Source: Eledone cirrhosa
Lineage: Eukaryota
Direction: 5' to 3'
NCBI GenBank assembly: GCA_964016885.1
Contig: OZ024746.1
Location: forward strand, 63,674,001 to 63,738,000
DNA: 64,000 nt
Each line of letters starts with the position of its first letter. The stretch's first letter is position 1. The notes under the pieces were generated by a model. It was not told the origin of the DNA and made no database searches. It saw nothing but the letters and a program-made list of their open reading frames with translations. A program made the translations under genes and the position numbers. Below, piece after piece: positions 27,101 through 37,880 of this stretch.

Positions 27101-27328
27101 GCTGTATCCATTAGCAGCAGTGGAGCTTCGTCTGTGAGCTCATCTCCTGCTGTTACTACTGCTGCCGCTGCTGCTGCTGCTACTGCTAGTGCTGCTCCTG
27201 TTGCTGCTGTCAGTGGTGCAGCTGCCTCCAAAGCAAAAAAGAGTACATCATCACGCCGAGAGGAGCTTCTCAAACAATTGAAAGCTGTTGAGGATGCTAT
27301 TGCTAGAAAGCGAGCTAAAATGAATTGA
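3586..27328 (+). CDS. ZC3H18: Zinc finger CCCH domain-containing protein 18 orthologue (CBC-ARS2/NEXT adaptor), 17 coding exons, about 1226 aa
   Basis: Manual GT-AG splicing gives one continuous frame: 3586-4617, 8094-8135, 9610-9751, 11518-11627, 15269-15355, 15710-15852, 17600-17714, 17835-17992, 18538-18792, 19637-19741, 20468-20533, 23328-23441, 24003-24155, 24404-24672, 25174-25553, 25975-26083, 26928-27328. Motifs I recognise from ZC3H18: CRFFAKGQCTWGASCRFLHPGVNDKGNY, ESAWERGLRYAKE, GQYENF, RADEWRDPWRRSKSPK, IKLTL, and C-terminal SRREELLKQLKAVEDAIARKRAK. Confidence 0.93.
5135..5525. repeat. ~40-bp minisatellite (gagacagtttcaatgggtggtttagtagagacagacaaag), about 9 degenerate copies
   Basis: Recurrent aatgggtggtttagtaga at about 40-nt spacing. 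Confidence 0.85.
8094..8135 (+). CDS. ZC3H18: ZC3H18 coding exon 2 (EAVLSDKDDGEVDD)
   Basis: tttta-aag acceptor, GTAAGT donor, 42 nt, phase 0-0. Confidence 0.8.
9428..9578 (+). mobile_element. 5'-truncated tRNA-derived SINE (family A)
   Basis: gaggtcgataaaataaagtaccagtaatgcactggg...ttgctggccttgtgccaa tail. Confidence 0.75.
9610..9751 (+). CDS. ZC3H18: ZC3H18 exon 3, CCCH zinc finger
   Basis: DDDCEEGEIREPG...CRFFAKGQCTWGASCRFLHPGVNDK; C-x7-C-x5-C-x3-H spacing. Confidence 0.93.
11518..11627 (+). CDS. ZC3H18: ZC3H18 exon 4 (GNYRLIERPG...)
   Basis: Continues the DKG-NY motif in phase 1; GTAAGT donor. Confidence 0.88.
12009..14516 (-). mobile_element. Non-autonomous or decayed Helitron-like element in ZC3H18 intron 4
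   Basis: Minus-strand 5' end A|TCTAATATATAAAGTG followed by (TTTG)n and ...TGATTTTCATGAAACTTG. 3' end has a CCCG...CGGG hairpin then CTAG (plus strand ctagctggtgtacccggttacactcggg). CpG-rich interior unlike the host intron. Confidence 0.65.
13075..13790. repeat. GC-rich complex tandem repeat (~170-190 bp units) inside the Helitron-like element
   Basis: Recurring gagggagggatggtggc-like / ggcatgacgatgcagtggg / catggcagtcttgaagga motifs. Confidence 0.8.
15269..15355 (+). CDS. ZC3H18: ZC3H18 exon 5 (PPAESAWERGLRYAKE)
   Basis: Conserved motif, AG/GT boundaries. Confidence 0.9.
15710..15852 (+). CDS. ZC3H18: ZC3H18 exon 6 (LMKKASQRKEQETNFEEKR)
   Basis: Conserved motif, GTAAGT donor. Confidence 0.88.
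16530..16918 (-). mobile_element. SINE family B
   Basis: Same sequence as 3076-3412 with one extra 48-bp internal unit. Confidence 0.8.
17600..17714 (+). CDS. ZC3H18: ZC3H18 exon 7 (WQTGQYENFEVRW)
   Basis: Phase-compatible; GQYENF motif; GTAAGT donor. Confidence 0.85.
17835..17992 (+). CDS. ZC3H18: ZC3H18 exon 8 (R/E/D mixed-charge)
   Basis: cctgcag acceptor, GTATGT donor, open frame. Confidence 0.85.
18538..18792 (+). CDS. ZC3H18: ZC3H18 exon 9 (RADEWRDPWR)
   Basis: tttcag acceptor; conserved EWRDPWRR. Confidence 0.88.
19637..19741 (+). CDS. ZC3H18: ZC3H18 exon 10 (SKSPK, RS-rich)
   Basis: Phase 2-2; continues RRSKSPK. Confidence 0.87.
19843..20055 (+). mobile_element. SINE family A
   Basis: ggtagagtgtcggac...gagttcaaatccc...catccttactgggttgataaaataagtacc...aaagtagaaacaattatt. 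Confidence 0.75.
20468..20533 (+). CDS. ZC3H18: ZC3H18 exon 11 (Ser/Tyr/Arg-rich)
   Basis: ttccag acceptor, GTGAGT donor. Confidence 0.83.
20830..21140. repeat. Degenerate tandem repeat (cagccttaat...cctggtttaacaccaccacctg)
   Basis: Motif repeated 4-5 times with nested tttaacaccacc subunits. Confidence 0.7.
22049..22720 (+). mobile_element. RTE LINE 3' UTR fragment with an expanded 46/48-bp tandem array (9 units, 22166-22580)
   Basis: Begins ctagtaggcacctcttaa (cf. LINE ORF end ccagtaggcatctctaa), contains gtgtcacgacaaaaagcacccagcccacactgtaaagtggtcgtgtag units, ends with the RTE tail. Confidence 0.8.
23328..23441 (+). CDS. ZC3H18: ZC3H18 exon 12
   Basis: tttag acceptor, GTAAAC donor; SSVSRSRSRS. 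Confidence 0.8.
24003..24155 (+). CDS. ZC3H18: ZC3H18 exon 13
   Basis: tgcag acceptor, GTAATT donor, frame preserved. Confidence 0.78.
24404..24672 (+). CDS. ZC3H18: ZC3H18 exon 14 (RS domain, SADSEHLY)
   Basis: RS/Ser-rich ORF; tgtag acceptor, GTAAAA donor. Confidence 0.87.
25174..25553 (+). CDS. ZC3H18: ZC3H18 exon 15 (polyQ/polyH, IKLTLISK)
   Basis: tctcag acceptor, GTAATC donor. Confidence 0.85.
25975..26083 (+). CDS. ZC3H18: ZC3H18 exon 16
   Basis: Strong polypyrimidine acceptor; CAG/GTAATT donor. Confidence 0.83.
26928..27328 (+). CDS. ZC3H18: ZC3H18 terminal coding exon
   Basis: ttaacag acceptor; ends SRREELLKQLKAVEDAIARKRAKMN-TGA. Confidence 0.92.
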
Positions 27329-30300
27329 TGATATCCATTCCAATTAGGTTATCACTTTTATAAAAAATGTGTGAAAGCTACAAAAGGGTGGCGGTGATGA
27401 AGAAAAATGCTTTTTTTTTTTTTTTTAAATGTAGAAAATAACAAATCCGAAACAACTGTCTTAAAATATCCTTGCTCCTCTCTCTATTGAAAACATTTCT
27501 TTTCTTTTTATTGATTTCAAAGTTGGTGATAGTCGTCGAAAAAAAAAAAAACCTTATCTTTCATCTTTCTCCAAGTTCATGATTTTAATTTTCACAATTA
27601 TAGTGATTGTAATTGTCTTTTAATTCACATCACATTTTCTCAAACTTGATTTATTTTGTGACTTATTTTGCAGATTGGTACATGTATGTCTGTCAGAGTG
27701 TATAGTTGTTATTGTTGAGGAGAATGTAGGCTTGAGTACAAGGCCAAAACACAAAACAAATATCTCTTATTAGGATCATTTATTGAAAATTAACAAGAGG
27801 CTGTTGACAGCTGACTTCTGTATTAGTTAGAAAATGTTTTTGTTTGATAAGTAATATAAGCACATTGTTTCAGTTACAATTTCTTTTGTATATATTATAA
27901 TTAACCTTAATATGTCTTTAAGATTAAAAAAAAAAAGAAGAAAAGTATATATTTTTATTTATTTAAATCCTATAATTTTTATTTGTCTTTGGAAATAGTG
28001 AATCCTGTTTGGAATTAAAAAAAACTTTTGTGGTGGTTTTCAGCAAAATGCCGCAACAGCTCTGACTATTGTGTAGTTAGCTTTTGTAGGGTGTATTTTA
28101 TATGGGTAATATTTCATTGACACATCAGGGTATCAAACATTTCTACCATTTCTACATTGGTTTCTTTGGGACAGATTGCAATTTTACTGGAAATATATAA
28201 AAGCTCATATTCCTCCTACAAATAAGCCAGCCTACCCATAAAAACATAAAATGGTGAACATAGAGCAGTGTATATATTATATAAAACTGAATTGTTTTAC
28301 TATTTTGTATAATTTGTATGAGTCACATGTATTGAAACTCATTGTTTCTGGATTATTAACTTATGTTTTTAAATAACCTGTATTTAATTAAATAAGTATT
28401 GTTTTGTTTTCAGTTCAAATGTCAATGCCATAGACTATCATATTTAACATATTGAACATAAGGTTTTATAGACTGCACTGATATCTTCACAAGAGAAATA
28501 TAAATTTGATGTGATTTGCCTTGTTAATACTACTATAAGATGTTGTCTTAAGCTTTATTGTAAAATGTTTTTCAATAATATTTTTTAAAGATGGTGCTGA
28601 TAGGAAACACTTTGTATGTTTGTGTGAGTATATGTATATCTACCCATCTATTTGCGAAATTAAAATTAAAAAGAAACTTGTGGTGTTGAAACCCATATTC
28701 TCTAGTTACATAATGTCCTTATTTCGTGTGTGAAAGAAAGAAAAAAAAAGTCACATACAATATAAACTATCACCTTTCTATCAACAAATTTACATTAGGT
28801 TTTTGTAAAATTTATTTTTCATAATGCATCATTAAGCAAAATCATTTTTTACAAAATAATTCTGACAAAAAAAAAAAACCCAAAGAAAAGAAAAAAGTGC
28901 TCTAAATGAAGATTGGCTACTGATGAATTGATAAGATCCTCTTGATGTATGTGCTTATAATTATTTTCAGTGGAGAATTTAATTTTAGACCTATTTTTAT
29001 TGTCTATCAAATTAAGATAAGAATTCCTGAAGCTCATGATTTGGTAATCTTGATTTTGTGCTTTTTGTCTACTTCAATTCTAATCAGTTTTATCTTAGCT
29101 AAGATTAGTTTATATTGGTTAAAATTACCAAAATATATTTTCATTTTCACCTTTTGAGTTGATTCTCTGTTTACTTTTCTTAGTGAATTATCTACTGCTA
29201 ACATGAACCTATCTTAGGTGGCAGATTGGCACTCATTAAAACATAGATGAAAATGTTTTGAATTCAAATTTCACTGAAGTCAACTTTGGCTCTCATCATT
29301 TCAGGGTTGATGAAATATATGGCAGAATTGTTAGAACATTAGACAAGATACTTTCATTCAACTCTTTGTGTTCTGAGTTGAAAATCTTGCTGTAGTGTGT
29401 GTGTTAGACATATGTTAATGTGTTGCTTAGTTTAACACCACCATGTGGCTATTGTGTGCTTTTAGCATAGCCCACTCTGTTTCAAGCATTGAAGTTAGGT
29501 CTCCAGTTTGAGGATATCTTTCTTCCTTAGTCCCTCCTCCCCATCAGTCTTTGAGGCCTTGAATAGGGTCATGGACACGACCCTTTCCTTCTCTTATTAA
29601 ACAGTATAAAAAATTACTCCAGTTTACTTTTGTATTTGGTATAACATATATACCCATTAAATTCTTATTTATTTCCATAATAAAATAAATTCTTGATTAG
29701 AATCACATTTTATTTGTGCAATGAGAGAAGTTGATGACTAAATAAATATAGTTGTGCCAAAAAACTTAATTCAAACTAAAGCTGTTTATTAATAGTAATA
29801 TTACAGCAGGAGCATGGGACATTAATCACCTTCCTTAGCAAAATTAGTTTACTGTATGGCTAGTTCTATATAATACTCACTTAAAGAATCCACAAATTTG
29901 TCTTTTAATTTTTCACATTGTGCTTTTAATAGTTTTGTTATAATTTCGTTAGTTGAAAAACCATCTTACCTAATATCTTTAAAAAAAAAAAAAAGGGCGT
30001 TTCAATTACTAACCTCTCCCTATTTTTCTGTTTTTCTTTACATCTACTTAAGTTATTTATTGTGTGTTCTACTTTTACACATGGTCTTCTCTCACTCAAC
30101 ATAAACTGATGTTAAAATGATCAAATTGTTGTAAGAGTTTCATTCATCACAGCAAATTTTTATGCTCTTAGAACAGTGGGATCACTTATGTGTTATATGT
30201 GTACATATACACATAAATGTTTGCTCACATGGCAACTCTTTTAAGCTGTCATACATTCTTCCACTTCGTTTTTGTACTGACTGAGTAAATCAGTACTTTA

Positions 30301-30620
30301 GATATTGGTATTACTGTTGCTATGTACTGTAAATATATATATATATATATATATTATTTTTTTTATTTTGCTATAAGATTAAAATGGCTGTTTAGGTCAA
30401 TTTTATCTGAATCAGGGAATGATGATTGAAAAAAAAAAAGAAAAAAAAGATGGAATGAAAATAGAGGGGAAACCTAAATTTGTAAATAATTTTCATTCTG
30501 TAGTGAAAGTTTAATATGTTTCCTTTGTCAGGAAAAAGAAAATAATCTCATTACTATTTGGACTGCAAAGTGTAAATAACTGTTTTACTACAATAAAAAA
30601 TGTAACATAAAATAATTTTT
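27329..30620 (+). other. Probable long 3' UTR of ZC3H18 with distal polyadenylation signal
   Basis: Repeat-poor AU-rich tract after the stop; AATAAA at 30592 followed by a GT/T-rich stretch, second AATAAA at 30674. The end point is inferred. Confidence 0.45.
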
Positions 30621-30907
30621 TTTTATTCCCGTCAGGTTTCTTGTTTCTGTGTTCTTTACACTTTTGCTCCTTCAATAAATGTTGATTGAAAATAACGCCT
30701 CAAATTTACTTGTTTTTTTTCATAAGGAGCTCTGTTGTGGTTGGCTGTATGGTTAAGATTAAGACTTAACTGAAATGAAATGTCTTCAGTTCAAAATCTA
30801 TTAACATTTGGGCTGTATCTACCTTTATATGGTTGTTGGTGAGCCCACGTAAAGTTGGCCTATCATTAAATGTATCCAAGCTGTGATACATTCTGTGTCC
30901 TTTTCTT

Positions 30908-31490
30908 ATAATAATTGTTTCTACTTTTGGCACAAGGCCAGCAATTATCCCAGTGTATTACTGGTACTTTATTTTATCGACCCCGTAAGGATGAAAGGCA
31001 AAGTTAACCTCGGCGGGATTTGAACTCAGTCCGTAAAGGGACGTAACTGTGTTGCAAAGCATGGCGTTCGACCCTCTACCGATACTGCCAATTTACTGTC
31101 CTTTCCTTATAATAATTGTTTCTACTTTTGGCACAAGACCAGCAATTATCCCAGTACGTTACTGGTACTTCATTTTATCAACCCCCATAAGGATGAAAGA
31201 CAAAGTTAACCTCGGCAGGATTTGAACTCAGAATGGCAAGGGCCGTAACTCTATGGCGTCTGGCCCTCTACTGATACTGCCAATCCATTCCCTATAATAA
31301 TTGTTTCTATTTTAGGCACAAGGCCAGCAATTATCTCAGTGCATTACTGGTACTTTATTTTATCGACCCCGTAAGGATGAAAGGCAAAGTTAACCTCGGT
31401 GGGATTTGAACTCAGAATGGCAAAGGCCGTAACTCTATACGTCAAAGCATGGCGTCCGACCCTCTACCGATACTGCCAATTCACCGCCCT
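30908..31490 (-). mobile_element. Head-to-tail array of three SINE family A copies
   Basis: Three ~190-bp units starting ataattgtttcta (plus strand). Confidence 0.85.
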
Positions 31491-31499
31491 CCCCCCTAT

Positions 31500-33060
31500 A
31501 ATAATTAATGAAAATTCGTGTGCAGTAATCAGGTGCACTACAACTCATAAAAGATGCATGTATAGTACATAAAATAATTGTTTCTACTTTTCGCACAAGA
31601 CCAGCAATTATCCCAATGCATTACTGGTGCTTTATTTTATCAATTCAGTAAGGATGAAAGGTAAAGTTAACCATGGCGAGATTTGAACTCAGACCCTAAA
31701 GGGACATAACTCTGTGCTGCAAATGTCAGGAAAGTGAACAGTGTATGAGTCATGATACACACATGCACACGCGTGTGTGGAGGTGGGAATATCAGGTGTA
31801 GTGTTGGCTAATTTCAGGAGCATGAACATTTTGAAGGATGCAGTGTCCTGACAGCTAACAACTGATGCAGGTAGTTTGTTCCTTGCTTCAGCAACTTGGA
31901 GCATGAAAAAATGTTTCCAAAATTCATGGGAGCTGTACTGTTTCCTGATTTTGTAAGCACGTTCATGGGTGTTAGACACATGGAATTAAAAAAAGGTGCT
32001 CAAGGATGTTGGAAAGATGGTTAATAATCTTGTGGGTGTCTACCAAGTCAGTTACCAGATGTCAGAGCTTTAATGTGTCCATTCCCTGGGAGGCAAAGCA
32101 TTCAGAGTATTGTAGATGCCTGATGGAGGGTATTGGTTTGGTTGCACATTTCTGAACTGTTTCCAGGAGATCAATATTCTGAACAAGATAGGGGTTCCAG
32201 ACTGGTAATGCAAATTCTAAGTGTGTCTGCACTATAGCTATATACAGCTTTAAATAGATAGCTGGAGAGCAGCTAACAAAGTCTTACTGAGTGATGCTAA
32301 GGAACCCTCGGCCTCCTTGACAATTTTAGAGATTTTCTTTTTCCAATGCAAATCGCTGTTAACAATAATGCCCAGGTCAATACTTCTTGAGATTGGTGTT
32401 GTGGAGGTACTATGTGAACGAAGGGCAGTAAATTGGCAGTATCGGTAGAGAGTCAGACGTCATGCTTTCCAGCATAGTTACGTCCCTTTACGTTCTGAGT
32501 TCAAATCCCGTCGAGGTTAACTTTACCTTTCATCCTTACGGGGTCGATAAAATAAAGTACCAATAATGTACTGGGTAATTGCTGGCCTTGTGCCAAAAGT
32601 AGAAACAACTATGTGAACGCTGGGTTTTTCCTCCCAAAATGCCTGGTGGTACACTTGAGTTGCCAGTCTATAATCCATTGCTGCATTGTGTCCAGGTTTG
32701 ATTGTAGGAAAGATCTATAACGTACAGGATCTGTCCTTTTTATCTCAAGGTACAGCTTGATGTCATCTGCGTATTTCAGCACTGTGGCATTCTTTAAGTT
32801 GGCATCTATGTCATTAATATATGTAACAAACAAAATAGGACCAAGAACAGGTCCCTGTGGTACACCAGATGTCATCTCGTAGTGTGAAGAATGCTGTCCT
32901 AGAACTGTGACTACCTTTTTTCAACTGAGAATGAAGGACTTTAACCAGTTATAAAAGATCATCTCACACACCCACTGTGGAGAGTTTTGCCATAAGTCTT
33001 TTGCGTGGCACAAAATTAAAAGCTTTGGCAAAGTCAAGATAAATAACATCCATCTGCCCA
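31500..33060 (-). mobile_element. CR1/L2-like LINE 3' fragment (RT remnant) interrupted by SINEs
   Basis: Minus-strand SGVPQGPVLGPILFVTYINDI...KYADDIKLY and YLDFAKAF remnants; 3' part matches 45262-45970; (TTA) tail. Confidence 0.85.
32421..32607 (+). mobile_element. Full-length SINE family A with 12-bp target-site duplication
   Basis: actatgtgaacg at 32409-32420 and 32608-32619; A/B boxes; central catccttacggggtcgataaaataaagtacc block resembling the MetaSINE domain. Confidence 0.88.
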
Positions 33061-33589
33061 TGAGCTGCCATCAGCTGGAGTTAGGAATAATTCGAAATTG
33101 CAAGGGCCGGATAAGGCTGTGAGATTTCCAGAATATTTTTCTGACACAGGACTCCATCAGTTAGGCGATGCAGCTAGTAAGCTTGCACATACCATTCTAT
33201 CATCAATATCAGCAATGCTTCCATTTCCTACTCAATATAATACTCAACATAAAATACTCAACACTTCCATAAGATAAGTAAACAACCTCAGTTGTCTCCC
33301 TTGTTTACACCACATGACAATAATGTTACCTATCACTAATGTTGTTTAAAACTCTACTACAGTTATTTTTGAGGTTTGTGTATTCTGTGTTTATGGTATA
33401 TATATTATGTTGAATTATTGGAACCGCAGATAGGCCAGACTGAAATACTATGCTACATACAATTAAACACTGCATATCATCATCATCACTGTTAAACATC
33501 CATTTTCCATGCTTGCATGTGTTAGATAGCTTACATGTACTGGTGCCAGACTGGTCAGATGATTAGGTCTTGCTCGTGCACTTTTCTTT

Positions 33590-34020
33590 AGCTTGGTATC
33601 CACAGCTGGATGCCCTTCCTAATGCCAATTACTTTATAGCATATCTGGGAGCATGGTTTCTGCAACTGAATGCTCTTCCTAACACTAACTACTTTATAGT
33701 GTGTATGGGGAGCATGGTTTCTACAGCTTGATTCCCTCCCTAAAGCCAACCATTTCATAGCATATATAGGGAGCATGGTTTCTACAGTTGAAGGCTCTTC
33801 CTGACTCCAACTACTTTATAATGTGTGCTGGGAGCATGGTTTCTATGGCTGGATGTCCTCCCTAACACCAACCACTTCACAGAGTGTACTGGGAGCATGG
33901 TTTCTATGGCTGGATGTACTCCCTAACACCAACCACTTCACAGAGTGTACTGGGTGCATGGTTTCTACAGCTGGATCCATGTCCTAACACCAACCACTTT
34001 ACAGTGTACTGCAAGCATTT
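33590..34020. repeat. ~61-bp tandem array (7 units) derived from the RTE/SINE 3' region
   Basis: ggagcatggtttctacagctggatgcccttcctaacaccaaccactttacag repeated. Confidence 0.85.
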
Positions 34021-34644
34021 TATTGTGACTACCTTAGAATATAGAATTTGGTCTTCAATTTGAAGGAAATATGGCATATTTAGAAATGGAAGCCTATACC
34101 TCAAACCTTGTCATTCATCTGACTACTTACATAACATATACTTTAATAAAGCTGACTGGGGTAATACCTACAAGCAAGAGTCTGAGTCAATGAGGAAACC
34201 TCAAGCAGAATTCACTAAATGTAAATAGCATTTACACATGAGGTGAGCATGTTTCGATGGGTGTGCAATGTTAATATGCATAAATGACAAAGTATGACTG
34301 AATTGAGAAGAAAGCTGGGTATAAAAGGAATCAGATGTATGTAAGAGAGAAGACTGTGATGGTATGGATATGTGATATGAATGGATGATGATTGCTGGGT
34401 GAAAAAGAGTCAGAAAATCCCAGAGGAAGGGATTTGCAGTAGAGGGAGACCAAGGAAAACCTGGATGGAGGTGGTGAGAACTGGTGATACTGCTGTACTG
34501 AAAAGAAAATACAAATGGAGCTTTAGGTGATTGTTCTAAGTATGTCTGTATTTTGTTCTGTCTTCTTTGCTATGTCTTTTCTAAAAAAACAACAACAACA
34601 AACAAACGAACAAACAAAAGCTTTTTCAAATCACTTTTAAAATC

Positions 34645-35410
34645 AATAATAATTGTTTCTACTTTTGGCACAAGGCCAGCAATTACCCTAGTGCATTACT
34701 GGTGCTTTATTTTATCGACCCTGTAAGGATGAAAGGCAAAGTTAACCTCGGCAGGATTTGAACTCAGACCGCAAAGGGCCGTAACTCTATACTGCAAAGC
34801 ATAGCGTCCAACCCACTACCGATGCCGCCAATCCACCGCCAATCCCGCTGAGTTTAGCTTTGCCTTTCATCCTTACAGGGTCGATAACTTTCATCCTTAC
34901 AGGGTCGATAAAATAAAGCACCAGTAATACACTGGGGTTGATTTAATTGACTTTCCCCTCCCCTTCAAATTTCTGGCCTTGTGCCTAAAGTAGAAACAAT
35001 TATTCAAAATCAACAATAATTGTTTCTACTTTTGGCACAAGTCCAGCAATTACCCAGTACATTACTGGTACTTTATTTTATCGATCCCGTAAGGATGAAA
35101 GGCAAAGTCAACCTCGGCGGGATTTGAACTCAGATCGTAAAGGGACGTAACTATGCTGGAAAGCATGGCGTCCGACTCTCTACTGATACTGCCAATTTAC
35201 CGCCTTTCAAAATCAACAATAATTGTTTCTACTTTTTTGGCACAAGGCCAGCAATTACCCAGTACATTACTGGTACTTTATTTTATCGATCCCGTAAGGA
35301 TGAAAGGCAAAGTCAACCTCGGTGGGATTTGAACTCAGATCGTAAAGGGACGTAACTATGCTGGAAAGCATGGTGTCCGACCCTCTACCGATACTGCCAA
35401 TCCACCGCCA
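34645..35410. mobile_element. Cluster of four SINE family A copies (three minus, one plus)
   Basis: Copies at about 34645-34840(-), 34845-35005(+), 35015-35205(-) and 35217-35410(-). Confidence 0.8.
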
Positions 35411-35974
35411 CAATAATGATACAAGAAAAGCAACTCTGTCAAAACAATAAAACATTTATCTCCCTTAGAATACAACTGTCTCTGGTATCACCATTTTCTT
35501 TTGACAGTTTTTTGACAGTTTTTCTTGAAGTCGATTGTCAGACAAGTGTTTCAAGTATTATAAACATGATTAAATTTTCAATGCAATTCCTCAGGTCGGA
35601 TAAAGACTAATTGAGGAACGAAGCACTGAAAAATATTACGCCCCACCTCTCACATAGGTATGGACCCGTGACTCCTGGTAGAGTTGTAGGGGTGTTGTTG
35701 TGACATATGGTGTTTCTCAGGCATTTTGTTTAAACCTGGCGGAGCCCACCCGCTCTCCAATCTGAAAACGGCCTATTTCTTCCAGAGTAAGGAAAGAAAT
35801 TGATAGAGAGAGGAAGTGAGAAAGAGATAGAGGAAGAATCGATTCCAGTACTTGACTGATATTTTTTGATCTATCTCGAAAGCATTCTATTCGACGTTCT
35901 AATAACGATTCTGCCAAAATATCACCTCATATTTAACGTCTGCAAAAAGCAAAACAAATTTAATGATAAATACA

Positions 35975-36375
35975 TTCGGTATTTGTACCAATCTTGGGTA
36001 ATGACAGAAAGAATACAATTACAAATACAAGCAGCTAAAATGGAGTTCCTCCAAAGGGTACTGAATAGAGGACTTAGCTCAGAGACTAGAAAGTCGCTAT
36101 TTCTCCAAATTGAGAGATCACAGCTATAATATTACGAATGTGTGTTTAGAATGTCCCAGTAAAGAATTGCTGGACAGATTTTACGAGCAAAACCAACATA
36201 CATGAGACTTAGGAGGTAGACCCCGAGCAAGATGGTCGGATAACACTGATGGGCTCAACTAGTTTTCCTTGAGGATCCATCTGAATCAATTAGAGGTGGT
36301 TGCTTCTGACAGGACCCACTGGTAGAAGTGTTTGAGTGGTCTACCCCCACGACCACCCCCCAAGAAGAAGAAGAT
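35975..36375 (+). mobile_element. Decayed RTE-type LINE 3' fragment
   Basis: SWVMTERIQLQIQAAKMEFLQRV...IERSQL, a GRPRARW-like remnant, (GAA)n tail. Confidence 0.6.
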
Positions 36376-36771
36376 AAATACATTTAATTTGAATAAAATG
36401 TTGGCCCTCTTTCCTTGATGTCCTAAGCAAAGCCCTATTAATCCATTCCATTCTCTTTGAATCTTTCAAGAATTAAACATTAATACTGTTGTCATTTTGG
36501 TCTTGATAACCCATCACATACTATTGGTTTTAGTTGTGCGACTGTGGCCATGTTGGAGCAACTGTTATTTTGATGACTGAAGGTGTTTGCTTTCACCCTC
36601 ATTTGTGTCTCTAGCTCTGATGCAGGTTTAATAGAGATTCCACACAGCAGGACATCCAAATCTTTCTTCATCATTCTTTGTATCCACTTCATCTATATCA
36701 CGTTTCCAAAGAGAACATGAAGAATTGTTTGTGGTCTCTTAAGACACGGCTTGTTGTCATTTGAGAAGATA

Positions 36772-36975
<204 letters not shown>

Positions 36976-37476
36976 ATACAAGCATGTTTCCTCTACACAT
37001 GCAGATGTAAGTACTCTCTCATATATACACAGACACGTGCAGTCACACTTACGCCCACATACACACGAGTGTAGCAAGACAAAAATACGAGACAGCTAGT
37101 CTAGAATGTATAAGTCAGATATATTTGACAAGGAGGCTGAGAAGAAAAGGGTTATGGTATGAATAGAATGTAGAAAATGTAAGAGAGAGAGAAAGGGAGA
37201 GGAGTTATATATATATATAGAGATAGATTATCATTTTTCATTTTTCATTTTTTATTTTTCATTTTTCATTCATATATATTTTTATTTGTCTGACCCGAAT
37301 TTTCTTGGTCGTATTTTTGGCTGTGCGAATGATTGTTTAAGCATCGTCTCAGTGTGTTGGTATTAAACGTTAGTTATAGCTCTGGTTTATCCGAACCATT
37401 GAGCACTTTGCCGCACATTTCAAAGATTGTGTTTCGTTATTTCGTGGGCCGAAGTTCCGATTCTCGATAATTTATT

Positions 37477-37534
<58 letters not shown>

Positions 37535-37557
37535 TAGAATTGGTGCTCTGAAATAGC

Positions 37558-37880
37558 GATATATATATGAATGTATATACAGTGTATTTTGCAATACATT
37601 GTATGCTTAATTAAAAGCATTTTGAAGACCTTACACTATTGTTTTAAAGTAGTGACAATATCACTTACTTCTATTTTCAGCAAACAGAAGGAGTGCTGAG
37701 CTTTGATAAGTCCCAACAAGTACGAAACAGAACTCTGTCAGCTTATCTCCTCTTGTTTGCTGAAAATAGAAGTAAGTGACATTGTCACTACTTTAAAACA
37801 ATAGCGTAAGGTCTTCAAAATGCTTTTAATTAAGCATACAGTGTATTGAAAAATACACTATATATACATCCATATATATA
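37558..37880. repeat. Long inverted repeat (~135-bp arms) between (TA)n tracts
   Basis: gtatgcttaattaaaagcattttgaagaccttac...cagcaaaca is mirrored by tgtttgctg...gtaaggtcttcaaaatgcttttaattaagcatac. Confidence 0.92.
37697..37745 (+). ncRNA. Type I hammerhead ribozyme motif (U3-A8 variant) at the hairpin apex
   Basis: tgagct-TTGATAA-gtcccaacaagtac-GAAA-cag aact ctg-TC-agctta; stem II is imperfect. Confidence 0.6.
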
